A DNA stretch of 63,173 nucleotides, counting the filler, from Reticulomyxa filosa (lineage: Eukaryota; Protista; Foraminifera), in assembly GCA_000512085.1 (NCBI GenBank). It is 13 parts of 13 records of this genome, joined end to end, with 100 filler letters (N's around TTAATTAATTAA, not from the genome) between each part and the next. Parts side by side here need not be neighbours in the genome. Positions count along the whole stretch, not along the records: positions 36,603 to 37,698 come from ASPP01046705.1; positions 37,799 to 53,121 come from ASPP01019853.1; 11 more parts are not named here. The stretch is one strand, 5' to 3'. How positions within the stretch are numbered: position 1 is the first letter of the stretch; each line of letters opens with the position of its first letter. Below are positions 37,042 through 50,700 of the stretch, one piece after another. The notes beneath the pieces were generated by a model. The model ran no database searches, was not told the DNA's origin, and saw nothing but the letters and a program-made list of their open reading frames with translations. Both the position numbers and the translations under genes were made by a program.

Positions 37042-37621
37042 GTATATATTTATATTTATATAACATGGAATGCTTTCCTTTACAATATAGTTTGTTATAG
37101 TTTGGATAGGGGAAAGAGTAGGGAAAAAATAAAAATAAAAATAGAGGAGAATCATTTTTACTGCAAGGTGACGTTGGAGCTGCGTTTGTTGGAGTTCCAA
37201 CAGGATTCTACCTTTGCATAGGGATGACGTTTGCATGTATGATTCCCAAATATAAAGATTATTTTGAAGTGCACGAGGAGTTGACGATGATACTCAAACT
37301 CGCGTCGGTGAACGTCGTAACGTACTTGTTAACGTATGCGATATTTGATTCGTGGGTTGGCCCCTTTACACGTGTTCTTTTGTTTTCACTCAGCTACTTT
37401 GTGACTTTTTTTTTTACTATGATTAAATCAACGTGGTGGGTTATGCGCAAGTATTATTCGTCCATTGAAAATCATTTGCGCGCGAACAACACACACATTG
37501 CAGGTTTGTTTCTACAGTCCAAACCGGTGTCACGTCCTTTAACCGTGGAGCCTCTTGATTTCTATTACGTTTTGAAGGATCCAAAAGGGTTCGAATTATT
37601 TATGGAGCATCTATTCTCGGG
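36603..37621 (+). CDS. Multi-pass membrane protein leading into an RGS domain (7TM-RGS-like); partial
   Basis: Several hydrophobic helices, then PLDFYYVLKDPKGFELFMEHLFS, which fits the RGS helix 2-3 pattern (vL.d..G...F..fL..E). A donor and the contig end follow. Confidence 0.7.
36968..37062. repeat. Intronic (TA)n/(TATG)n microsatellite
   Basis: Directly visible. Similar tracts at 18635-18676, 26083-26106 and 26858-26908, often at contig ends. Confidence 0.85.
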
Positions 37622-37657
37622 TTACGTATGCATGTACATTGTACGTATACGTTAGCA

Positions 37658-37698
<41 letters not shown>

Positions 37699-38844
37699 NN
37701 NNNNNNNNNNNNNNNNNNNNNNNNNNNNNNNNNNNNNNNNNNTTAATTAATTAANNNNNNNNNNNNNNNNNNNNNNNNNNNNNNNNNNNNNNNNNNNNTA
37801 TTATGATATAATGAAGTTTACTTTATATATTTTTTAATAAAACAATAATACAACATTGAAATTACATTTATATTAGTTAATTTTTGTTTGCTGAATAATA
37901 GAATAACTACCAAACAAATTATATTATTTGCGAACTGATGTGTGATTTATTATAGTCATTAGCATTATTTACAAACTAAATTAATAGAATATACAAAAAT
38001 AAAAAGATAGAATATTAAAAAAAGGAAATAATTTGAACATATATTATGAAATAACTATATATAATTTAAATTAAGAATAAAATATGTAGAAATCAAAATA
38101 TAGTATTACAACAAACTAAAATGTTTAATATTACAATATAATAATTGTGAAAATGAATAAAGAACAAATAAAAAACAAAATTGCCAGAAAATAAAGAAAA
38201 GAATTGAACAAAACAATAAATTGAACAAATATTACTTTGAATGATAATTATTTTTCAAATATGTAAACAAAATATAATTAATATAATAAAATAAATTATG
38301 AAATTCAATAGAATTAATGAAAGCAAACAAGTTTTCGCAATTATGAAAAGATAAATCGCAACTTGATAAAGATAGTACAAACTATATTTTTGTACAATGT
38401 GACTAATAACCACTATATTGAATATGATTGTATATTGAAAATAAATTTATTAAATCATCTTATATAGTCTACAATTGAATTCAAATAAGTTTCATTGTTA
38501 TGATGTTTATGTCCTTATTCGTCGTCATTTATTCTAATTTACGTTTCTTTGAAGATGTGGTCAGATTTCTTAGTTTATTCATAAATATCTTCAATTTCGT
38601 TTTAAACTTTTATTAAATTGATTAATTTCCTATTTGTTCTATTCTTTTGAAAAATATTGCTATCTTACTTTTTCTCATTTAATATGAAATTCTATCGCAA
38701 AAGCGCATATAATTATATCTTTTTCTTTTTCAAAAAAAACTATAATATAATTACTAGATGTCTGCAACTGAACAGCAACAATAGTGGAACGGATGCAACA
38801 ACCTGTCGCTATATGAGCGTAACGAACGTTGAACTTGCGCTAGA

Positions 38845-39110
38845 TAATATGTGACGTCGAAACATGAATAAATTTAAAAATATTTAATGGACATATAAAA
38901 GAGGTGAATGAAATTCGATTTTTTTCAGAAGGCAGAACAAATGTATCTTGTTCAAATGATAATACAATGCGATTGTGGAATGTAGAATCAGGGACAACAT
39001 GATATTTAAAAAGGAACACAGCCAAGTAAGTTGTATATGTATGCTCTTGAAAATGGTAAAATGATTGCATTATGATCTAAGAATTGTAAAATTCGAATTT
39101 GGGTATTGTA
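38845..39110 (+). pseudogene. WD40 remnant (subfamily of 11442-12311)
   Basis: KIFNGHIKEVNEIRFFSEGRTNVSCSNDNTMRLWNVESG then stops. Confidence 0.75.
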
Positions 39111-39456
39111 AAAAATAAATTTTTTCTTCCTTTTTTATGACGGAGCTTTAAGTAATTTTTGAATTGAAATTTGTAAAATATTATTAGTTATTCATCAAAA
39201 TGTTCTTCTTTTTAAAGCAAAATTTTTGTTTGTAAATTGTGGAAATACTTTTTTCACGAGAAAGTGAATTCAAGTGTAAAGATATGAAAATTTTTTTTGA
39301 AAAAAAAAAAGCTGCATAGATGTTATTGTAGAAAAAAAAAGTTATAATTCTATAAGTAAAAAAAAAATGATAAAAGCGTACCAAAATAATGTACACAAAA
39401 ATATGACGTTTGAGAGTCAATCAGAAGACCTTTTTTGTTGTTCACCGACCTTGATG

Positions 39457-40332
39457 TCACTCGTTTGTTTTATCCTTTTTTCTTTTTGTGGTTCTTTTTT
39501 TTTGGGTCTGATTTGGCGGTTCATCTTCGCATTCAGACGCAGAATTTTCGTGATCTTCTCTTTTGTATTCCACCTTTTCTTCGTTGCTTTCTTCGCTATT
39601 GTCGCTATGCTGTTCTTCTTCTTTGATATCTTCAACAGAAATCATTGCATCAAAGGACTCCATTTCTAAAAAGTCTCCATTCGCGTCATACTCCAAAGCC
39701 TTGCACTTCTCGTTGCATCGAAATGCCGGTCCCTCGAACAACTGCTGCAAATTTGCGCGCTGCACTTCATTCACTTGCAAACAAATCAATGCTATAAATG
39801 CACGCCATTCGTCCGTGTCTTTTATTTGCACCCCTCCATATTCATTAACTAGTCAAAGCAAAGATATGGCACAACAATATAATAATCTAACATATTTCAA
39901 TTTTTTTTTTTTTTTTTTTTTATACGTAGCATTTTGCAATTTTCTTTGTTTATATATACATATACTTATAATTGATCAAAACTAGATTGAAGAACATGGC
40001 AGCCAAGACTCAGACACCAACCAAACCAATATCTGAAAATGCAGCTGACATGCATAAGCCCTTTCGTCTCTTGCTTGATGGTATCGACAACTTTTTTGAT
40101 GTACCCTTCTGTCTTGCTTGAATGGTAGTTGTGCCAACACGCGTTGATATAATCGATTAACCGCGACTTAAACATACTTTCAAACGAAAATGTGAACATA
40201 AATTCATCAGCTTTTGTGTCAAGTCGCTGTAATCGAAGCGTAGATTGACGACTTGCAGTGACACTGACTCCATCTGCATATAACGTATATATTTTTTTAA
40301 ATATTACGTATACTGCAATGCAATGTAAAAAA

Positions 40333-40364
<32 letters not shown>

Positions 40365-41151
40365 CGTAACCTGACGCTAATGAAGTACGACTTTGCAATA
40401 AAGTGAAGTTCATAGGAACAGCATCAATGACACCCTCTTCTTTCGGGACAATATCAGGAGAAGTGATTCGTGGCTCTATATACGAATCGGAGCCACTTTT
40501 TGCTTTTTCCAATGGGTTTGAATTGGCCGGAATGAGACTGAGACTGGACTCGATCTGCCACACCGAACCGACAATTTCGGTGCTCGTCGTCACACAGTCC
40601 TCACGATCGCACTTGCAAATCTCGTAACGGTATATACCTGTCAACAAACCTTGCACCGCTTGATGACAAAATGACAATGACTCATTCACAAATACACTAC
40701 TGCCACTGCTCTATATTCCATTTTTTTTAAAAAAAAAATTATTGTCAAATTTTGATGAAAAAAAAATGCATGTACAAATAAATATATACATACATATATA
40801 AAAAAAAAGAGGGATCGAAAAGATTGGAGTATATACAACAAACAAACATACAAATTGAAAATGAGATAACTCGAGACTCCATCACTGTCCTGACCAAGTC
40901 GTGACCGGCCTCAGGCCCTGTTTGTTCCAAACTTAGCACGTCGATACCTTTGCTTTTCCATGACTGTTTTGTTAGGACAACAAAAATCAAGTATACACCT
41001 CAAAACTTTCGTGCTGATATTGTGCGAAATTACAGACATCACATACGTTAATACAACGCTGACAAAATGTTTGGAATGTTATGAACACTGTTTTTGTTCC
41101 ATGCTCATGGTTTATCTGGGGGAGAAGGCGTTCATTCGCTTGGGCGGTCAT
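39457..41151 (-). CDS. Multi-exon hypothetical protein with acidic/basic C-terminal tail
   Basis: ATG at 41151 (MTAQANERLLPQ..); about five exons separated by GT-AG poly-T introns; ends ..KKRTTKRKKDKTNE*. No family recognised. Confidence 0.65.
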
Positions 41152-41773
41152 AGCTGGAAATAAAAAATATTGAAGATTTTTTTTAAAATTTATTCCGGAT
41201 GGAAACGACCTTTTGTTTTTTTTTTATTAAGATCACAACCACAAAAAACTATGAATTAATACTAATATTACTTTAATGCGTATCACAGTGTAAAGAGACA
41301 ATATCGAACATACTGCGTTCAAACGCTCACTGTCGTGAAGAGATCTTACATTTGCTGTTTTCCTAATTGATAGTGACTATAAAACGAGACATTTATTTCT
41401 GAGTTTTTTAAAGACAAAGTTATTTAAACGTAATAAGAAAGAGTTAGTTGAATACATTTTTGAAAAAAATAGTTTATTAAGTTCAAGTGCGATATTTTTT
41501 TTTTATGATTATGAATCGAATGCTGTTAGCATTCTCATTTTCCTTTACTGTGCCTCTTACTTATTATCATTTTGACATTGAACTTTGTTTAGCTATGTTT
41601 CCCCACAAGATTTGAAATTTTTGCTAATGTGCAAATGTATTTGCTGATATTTTTTTTTCATTTTAAATCGAGTATTTGTTTGACGTCAACTGAAAATATT
41701 TTTCGAAGACAAAAATTGTATAATCTCGCAAGTAGAGTTTTTTGTTTTGGGTTTACAGGCAAAATTCGTGAGA

Positions 41774-44700
41774 ATGACGTCTTGTTCATCAAAATCAGAT
41801 AATGTCCTTTCGTATGTAAAACAGGGATTAGCACAAACGCCAAATAACAGAGAAAATGAAAGTGGACAAAAAAACAAAAGTTTGGAGAACGATTTAATAG
41901 ATCAAAAAACAGAAACAATGGACCTGCAAAGTGCGGACATAAATATATCAGTGACAATTAATGAAGCACCAGACAACGCAACAAAAAATGTAAAATCTAC
42001 AAAGATCGAATTTGGTCAAGACTTTTTTGACATGCTCAAAGTTTCGAGCCATAGCAAAAAAACATTGCAATATGCATTGCGCAAGGGAAATTGTGTAAGA
42101 GGTCACCCACTCCAAAAATATACGGACAAACACGAAGAAGATAAAATACAACAATACCATCTTGTGATGATATATTTTTAAAACGAATTTGGTGTGAGCG
42201 GTGTGGAATTGCAATAAACCAAACCACACAAAATAAAACAACGAATGCTCTCACTTGTGTTGAGTTTGTATATTACGCTTGTAAGCTATGTAAATATAAC
42301 TTTTGTGCAGAATGTTATTTACAATGCCAAGTAGAGGCTCTGTCTGCAAATCCAAGTGAATGTAATATCAATTACTTAATGATGGCGGAGTGGCTACAAA
42401 CCATGTCTCATACCAAAAAACAAAAAATTTGGAGCTACTTGTGCGACAACTCCTTTTCACCAACAGCCTCCAAAAATTTTACACCAAACTCGCGATTTAA
42501 CTTTGGTGATACTGCACCTACTCTCAACCAATTACACACTCCAAAAAAAAAAGTAATGGAGCCAGTGTCCTTCCTGCCAACATTGATACAAATGCTCCAT
42601 ATTCAGAATATGACTACGCTTCCACTGCAAATAAAACTAAAAGTCATTGTCACCAAATCTTTGGTGAATTAAAAATTTTGCATTGGTTTGCTCAATTAAT
42701 CATTCTTTTCATGAAAGTTACAAATACATAAACTAATTCATGATGTATTAACAAAGAAACAATGATAAACAAAACAAAAACATATATTTTTAAAAAATGC
42801 AGTGGCAAAGACCAAACATTGCCGCAATCGATGACAAAACATTGAGAAATTTTATCAAAGCGGACATCAACGAGTTGTGCAAATATTTAAAAAGTGCAAG
42901 ATTGATTCGGTCTCAATTCCTTTCCAAAGAGTTTGTAATGATTTTGGAAATATTACATTTTAATAAGTCAACAGTTATAAATAAATATCTCCATTTTTAT
43001 TTGTTTATTTATTTTTTTTTTGGAGCTCCTTTCCATGTCATATTAAAACATGTATAGTTTAATTCAATTATCATCTCTCCAATTGGTCGTAAGATGCAGC
43101 GATATGTGCACAATCCATCCAACATGTCATTATCGATATTGAAATGTTATTTGTGCAATCGTGATTTGGACATGAACCACGCGTACGCTCCGTCTTTTCT
43201 ATATTGTTGCACATTGAGCAAGACATGTTATTGTCCCGCTCACGGCATGTATGGGAGTGGTGGACAAAGCGTTGCATTTATTGAGGAGGTGGAAACGATG
43301 AAGGATTTGATACGCTGCTATTGCATCTTGCAAAGCCAATGTAAATTGGAGCAAACCTGGGATCATTTTGTAATGGAATGGACAAACATGCAAACAGAGC
43401 AACACGATGTACATAACAGCAGCATTGTATTGTCCTTGCACGATCAACAACTACAGCTGCAAGAGCATGATATTATCGAAGAGCCGCGCATGTTCCAATC
43501 ATTGTGTTTGCAAGTGTTTCGATCGTTGAATTCCGAGACTGTGCATGTTGCAACAGCGCAAGGAGATCCAAATAACGAAGAAAAAGAGGGACTTGCATGT
43601 TTGACGAAACATGCACACATGTGCGGACAGTGGTTATTTGGTGACAACAGCGAATTAAAGAGACAACACAAACCATTGAACAAGTATAACTTTGTGCACA
43701 GCAACGTATTCATTGATATGTTATTACAATATTATTGGGAGTTTAATGAGCTGCAGAACTGCACTAAATATGTGCGCAAGAAGGCCTTGCACATTTGGAA
43801 GTATATCGAATTTTGGTTGGATCAAAAGCAAGAAATCAAAGACAAAGAGCTAATTGACGCGGCAAAATCATCCGACGATAACAAACGTGTGATCAAACAA
43901 TTGGTGGCCTTCTTATATGGTTTTGGTGAGGAAAACTATAAATGGATCCAAAATAACGATGGATTGTATTTGTATTTGATTCAAGTATTTGCAACTTGTG
44001 ATAACTATGATCGAGTATTGCAATTCATGCCATTGAATGCTCCAAACAATCAAGCAGAAGTCATATTCAACATTCCAGGGCGCAAGGAAATATTGTTATC
44101 GCATTGCTGTTTTTTAGATGAATGGATTGAAGGCTTGTATTCGGAGCCAAATCCTACCGGACAAACTGCGGCTACTAAACCATCTTTTGGGACATTTGAC
44201 ACTACTGCTATTTATCCCCTCAATTGGCTGTCGGTTGCCGAGTTTATGAGAAATTCCCCCCTCGAATTTTTGCGCTTAACCATGTGCAAGTTCGAAGGAA
44301 AAAGCTCCATTTTGACTGACTCCAAAGTTCATTGGAACAGTCCTTTGCTCCAAAAAGACGTCTGTCTTCGTATCATTTTGTATTATGTCAATTTGTATGC
44401 ACATCGAACAGATATCCGGAGGTACTCTTTTTTTCCCCCACTCCATCCTATCCTTACTTTTACTTTAACAAAAAAAATGTAAACGAATAACAGTCCAAGA
44501 CATATATCAATCGAAAATGTGGAGCAGAGTGAGTTGGAACGTATATTGGACTACTTATTTTCCGAGAGGAATGCTTTGAAAAAAAATGCGATAGAGAAAG
44601 CAAGGGGACAAAAGCAAGTGGAACAACATGGAAAAAAAGTAAAAATGGAGGTGGTAAACGAAGACAAGGAAGATGGAGTCGATACAGAGAGCATAAGTTT

Positions 44701-47700
44701 GCCGAGTGTTTCATCAAAATTCATCGAAGAATTGGAAACAGAAATGATTCCAAATAGTCAAGAGAAAAAAAAACAGAGTCTGACCGTGTGGAATTTTTTG
44801 CATGATCAATCATTGGCCAATGGGATCATTAGTTATTACTATCACAATGAATGGAATACACGTAATCTTGAGGATAATACACTGGAAGTGGCCAAACAAG
44901 GATCTGGCAAAAGTCACTCCAAACAACAACAGGCTCCATGCAGGCATTTCAAGATTCCAACGTACAATATAATGGAAGATAGAACTAATAACCATCAATT
45001 TGCAATTCCTCGTAATTTTCATTACCGGTTACTGCATCGATATGAATACAGCTCAAATATGTTTTTTTTCAGATTTCGAGTGTCTTCGATGTTTGGAGAA
45101 ATTGCCGTTCGATTGGCACAAACTCCGCATGACTAGTTTATATAATCAAATATTTCTCCTATTCTTTTTTTATTTATTTATTTATTTATAGTTTCCCCTC
45201 CCTTATATACATACATACATATGTGTATACGTGTATTTGTGGGAACTAAAATAGTTTGTATCAGTTGAAAATAATACCAGACAAGTCAAACAATTACTTG
45301 GATCGTATTGTGATTGAAGTGCAAGGAGAGATGCATGAAGAGGTAATCATGTGCAAGGGGGTGTCATTCGATCGTATTTGCGGCAAATGGTTTACCTTGT
45401 ATTTTTCCAACGATAGTTTTTTCCTGTTGGGTGAATATATTAAAGATGTGCAACAACTGCATACTTACATTGAAAAAAAGAATTCTTATCTACAGAACAT
45501 CATCTTATGCCACAAGAAAGTATACGAACGCATGAACCACTTGTATTGGGTTGGGTTTTGCAGCGAACAAGAAGTGACCATATCGTCTCCTGACACAGAC
45601 AACTCCATTATGGGCTCTTGGATGAAATGGTTGGAATTGCTTGACTCCAACAAAATCTTTTCTCAAATAGTGAGACACAAGTCAGAGGTACTCAAGATGA
45701 AACAGCTTCGCAACAAACGTTTCAAGTTAGCTTATTTTTATTACAATAACAAATATACATATACATATACACATATATGTATTTATATGGTTCCAGTTTT
45801 TTTATTAGAAAAAGTGCACGAGTACGAGTTCTTTTTTTTAAAAAAAAATTTGGTATACGTATTATATTCCTTTTTTATTTTTTTTATAGCAAGAGTTGAT
45901 ACAACGAATTGATCCATATAAACATGCATTTAAAAATGTGTTAATTGATCGCATTTTTGCTGCGAACAACCCCTCGTATGGGCATTTGGGTGACATTATC
46001 AAACACTTGGATGAAGACTTAAGGCCGTTGCGACCTCAATTTCGAATTGTCCCTTCGTCATGTTGTGGATACAAACAAGCTATTGAAATCAATTGTGAAC
46101 ACATGGTCACTGCAACAGTAGTGAACGAACTAATTGTGACAAACAATAAACTGCTACAAATGTTTGGAGACGAGTTTATTGTGACAAAGCAAGTTGGGTA
46201 CGATTGTTTTCAAATGGATTCGCAACTGTGGAGCTTTATGTTCAAACACTGCCAAGAGCTACTCCATATTTCAGATATACTAGTCAATCCTGGTACTAAT
46301 AATTTGCACTCGCAATTTCGACACGTAAATGAGGTAATTCGTGGACACACTTTATACAATACACACATCAACTCGCCAAACAACCATTACATCAGCAATG
46401 ACACTGGATTCAACCTTAATCTTTTCAGCCACAGCGTGGGCAAGACTGACAACGCCAATGATTACAATCATGCCACTCCGAGCGCTCAAAAAAAAGATGC
46501 TATCGATATCACGTCATGTCGATATTATAACACATGCATTCATTTGGATAATCTGTTGTTAAACTTGTTTGTGCGCTCGAAAGAATTTGGATCAAAGCAG
46601 CAACACCAACTAAATACTGCAAATGACCATTTGATCAATCAAAATGAAGACTTGTTAAGGATATCTATTATCAAAATAGGACATTAATACGTTCTCATTT
46701 TGCTTTTTTTTTTTAAAAAGGGCCACCGCAGCTTCACCAAAGAGGAAAAAACTAATGGGAAAAAAGAAAATTGACGTGGTGTTATCGAGAGTAGAACATG
46801 AACTAATAAACGATGGAGAGACACGAGTGTTCCGTGTGCATTATCAACATCCCGAAAATTTGAAAAAAGAAGTAATGATATACACATTTGAAATATTGCG
46901 AGAATTGAACATAGAATTATTGCAACGATTGTATCATATGCGTCATGCTCGTTGCCAATCTTGCACAGTTGACTACGCTTGGGAAGAAATTACTGAACAC
47001 AAAGGAAGAGCACAAAATGGCAAGACAAAGACCGAGTTAGAGTTATTTGAAATTGACAATGCAATTGATCGCTTGAAAAAGTGTCCTATTTGGCCTTATC
47101 TAACAGTAGTAAAGTCTCGTGAAGGTACAATTCAAACACTTAACCCAAATGAAGTTGCCTACGTATACCGAGGTGGTAAGACATCTTTGACATCAAATAA
47201 TGCCTTACCAATGTTGCATTCGTTTACACAAAATGGACAATTACGTCGAATGATTTATTACGAAATTGAAATTGTTAGTTGTGGAAACAGTAAAAATATT
47301 TGCATGGGAGCATCGTTACCTTTCAGTCAAAAAAAAGAAGCATCATTTACTGCACAAACAAATAGTGACCAATTTGATAAAACTCAAAACAATAATAATA
47401 GTAATAATAACAACAATGACAACACAATTGATGAAACTTATTATAATCACAATATGACAACAGACAATAATATCAACTGCTCGTTATTTAGGCAAGTATT
47501 TCAATTTCCTTCCTCTGCACAACCAGGACAAAGACCATTCAGTTGGGGCTTGAATGGAGAGTTAGGAACTTTGTTGGATAGTAATGGGGCTGATCTTCAG
47601 TATGGAATTCCATTCAAAGACTCAATGATTATTGGCTGTGCTGTTTATTTTCGATTGCCTGGTAAGTACATGTTTGTCTTTTTCATCTTTTAAAACAAAA

Positions 47701-50700
47701 AAAAATATTTGTGTGGTTTACACGCTCTTTTAAAAAGAGAGCAAATCACCAGAGTATTTGACACAACTACTGAACTGTAAGGACATGGAAGAAGTACAGC
47801 GTATGAAACTTGAAGACACATGCTCAGTGTTTTTCACATATGGCGGATTAGCTTTGAAATTATATCCAAGCCAAGATGCTGAAGTCTCATTGTTGTCACC
47901 TGATATGTTAAGCCAAATATATGCAGTGACATCTGTTGGTTCAGAAGATTGTCATCTAAAGTTCAATTTTGGCCCCCGTTTCCACTTTGCTTATGCAAAC
48001 GATATGTTCGACGCAGTCTTCCGTGAAGCTGAAATTTCTAACCAGCTTAAAAAAGGCAACAGCTCAGTAGACATAAAATCAAACGCATTCTCTTTTTCAG
48101 ACACTCAGCGGTCCTCAAGTATTTTCAAGCCAAATCACTTTCCAAATGGAGGAGCGCTTCCTAACATTAAAGTTTCTGTTCAATCAACTCATTCTGAGCC
48201 ATTAGAAAATGAAAACTTTTTAGCACCCATTGAAGAAGAAATAATGGAACAGGTAATTTGGATTGTATTATTATTAGTTGTTTTCTTTTTGTTGGAAAAA
48301 TGTTTATTGAAAAAGTATAATTTGATTTTTATTTTCCAAACAGTTAATATTTCAATGCAAATTGGATGATAACAATGATACAACAAACGAAAGTCAAAAT
48401 GGGAGTGTGAAAAAAAACAATGATAAAATGAGAATAACGAGTGAGGGAAATGGTAATGAGGAAGTGTGGGAGACAAATGAACAAAAATTACATGTCAAAT
48501 ACGATGCATTATTGAATAAAGCATTAATGTGTTATTATTTTTATTTAAAACCTTTGCAAGAGCGAACTGCACAAGAATTGTATGAATTATTGATCCAATT
48601 TGAAGTGCTCAATTTTGCAACCGAGTTAATTGACGTCGATACAACAGGAGAAGAATTTTGCACATGGGAAACCACTATTACAGAATGGTTGCAAAGTGAA
48701 AACTTGGAACGAAAAGATTTGGCACACCGATATTTACAAAGCAAAGTCTCTCATAAAAAAATCATTCAAGAATTCAAAGATGTCATGGTTGAAGTATGCA
48801 ACAAGCTACAATATGCTCGAGTCATACCTCAAGATAAAGAAACCATTTTGTCCGTTCAACATATTCCAGATGCCTTCAAAGAATTAGCCAAAGAACAAAA
48901 CATTCAAGTTAAAAATTTAAAAAAAAGGAGTTAGTTCACTGTTTTAATTTTTTTATTTTAACACAACATTAGAATCAAAACGCGTTGATCCGTTTGTGGA
49001 AAATTATTTGTCAACAAAGAAAATTGAGCACTTCTGTAGATGAATTAATGCAAATTAAACAAGAATTTTTTTTGGATTTTCTAAGTTTTCACATGTCTTC
49101 AGACAACACGATTCAGTTAATATTGGAATTGTTAGATTCGTGGTGTTGCGGAGAAAATGCCAATGAACGTATTCTTAGTAAATTTTCTGGAGATTTTGAA
49201 TTAAAGATTTTATTGTCAGGGTTAATTCGTTCTTCCAAAAACCCCATATCTGCAGCTTTGCAAATGTCACAGTTTTTAATTGCCAGCAAATCTAAATATC
49301 CCGAAATTGAAACTGAAATCGAAGAAGTTGCACAACATGTGCAAATTATCGCTGGGGGCATTTTAGATTCAGTGCAGTCCAATCGTTTAGCTTTATTAGC
49401 ATTAGAAGCCAGCAATTCTTTGGACATGGCTATTGATTTTAATCTTGCCTCATTTTTGGCACATCCAAGGTTTTTCTCATTCTGTCTTTTGTAATATATA
49501 TATATAACGATAAAAACATTGTAGCTAAATCTTGCACATGTGCCAAAAAAAACAAAAACAATCAATATAACTAATATAGAGTGCAATTGCTAAAGGAGAT
49601 AATTTGGACAAGTAGCCCAGAATTTATTTTGACAACAACATCCGCTGAGACGTTTCGAAAGCGTGGCTCTCAATTACTTGCATGGGCACATGCATTTTGT
49701 AATGATTACAAGCGGTTGTTCACATTGGAATCATTGACATTTTTGAAACACTTTTTATTGGGAACAAGATATCACATGTCATGGTTTTATAGTCCGATTG
49801 GAAAGATTCAGATTGAGTTCTTTTTTTACTTGATGTATTTGGTATGCTTAGTGTACATTGGACAAAAACAACGAGATACGACGGTATATGATCAAGTTGT
49901 ACCTTTTGAACATATTTTTTATATTTGCAACTTTTCTTTCATTTGCGTGGAGCTAAAACAAGTCGTTTCCTCGGGGCTGAATGCATACTTGAGTGATCAC
50001 AGTAATCATATTGGAGTGGTGATCATGAGTATGTACATTACAATGTTTGGTATACGTTTGAGTGGAGCCACTATGGCCAAGTGTATCAATACTGAAATTC
50101 ATTCTTGTGTGGATCAAAAACTGAACGTTTTTTATTTATTGTGCTGGTTTATTTTGATCATTGCCGTATGCTGCCGTATTTGTTATATGATGCTCGTGTT
50201 TCAAAACATGGGATTGATTGTCAAAGCGCTCACAAAAATGTTTATCGATGCCTCCAGTGTTTTGTCCTTTTTATTGTTATTCACCGTTGGCTTTGCTTTG
50301 TCCATGCTTATTATTAGTAGCAAAAATGTGTCTAGTTATTTGACCTTTAACAGCAGCTGCCGAACTGTTTTACTTGGTATAATTTTAAAAAAAACAAACA
50401 AAAACTGACACTTCTTTTTGACTATCATTCCTTGCGCTATTAGGTGCAAGGTGAAAAGAGAAGGAGGTTACTACACATGTGCACTAAAAAAAATTTCAGA
50501 GTCAACACGTATATACAAATATACATATATGTATATATATATATATATATTTTATTTTTTTTTAGGAATTCTTGGTGATTTTAACTTTGATGAGTTAATA
50601 TCGAGTAATGGAGGCTTAGGACGTTTACGTGCGGCGTTGCTGCAATGGATATTTATAGTTTGGATGGTATTTGCATTGGTCGTATTGCTGAATTTTATTA

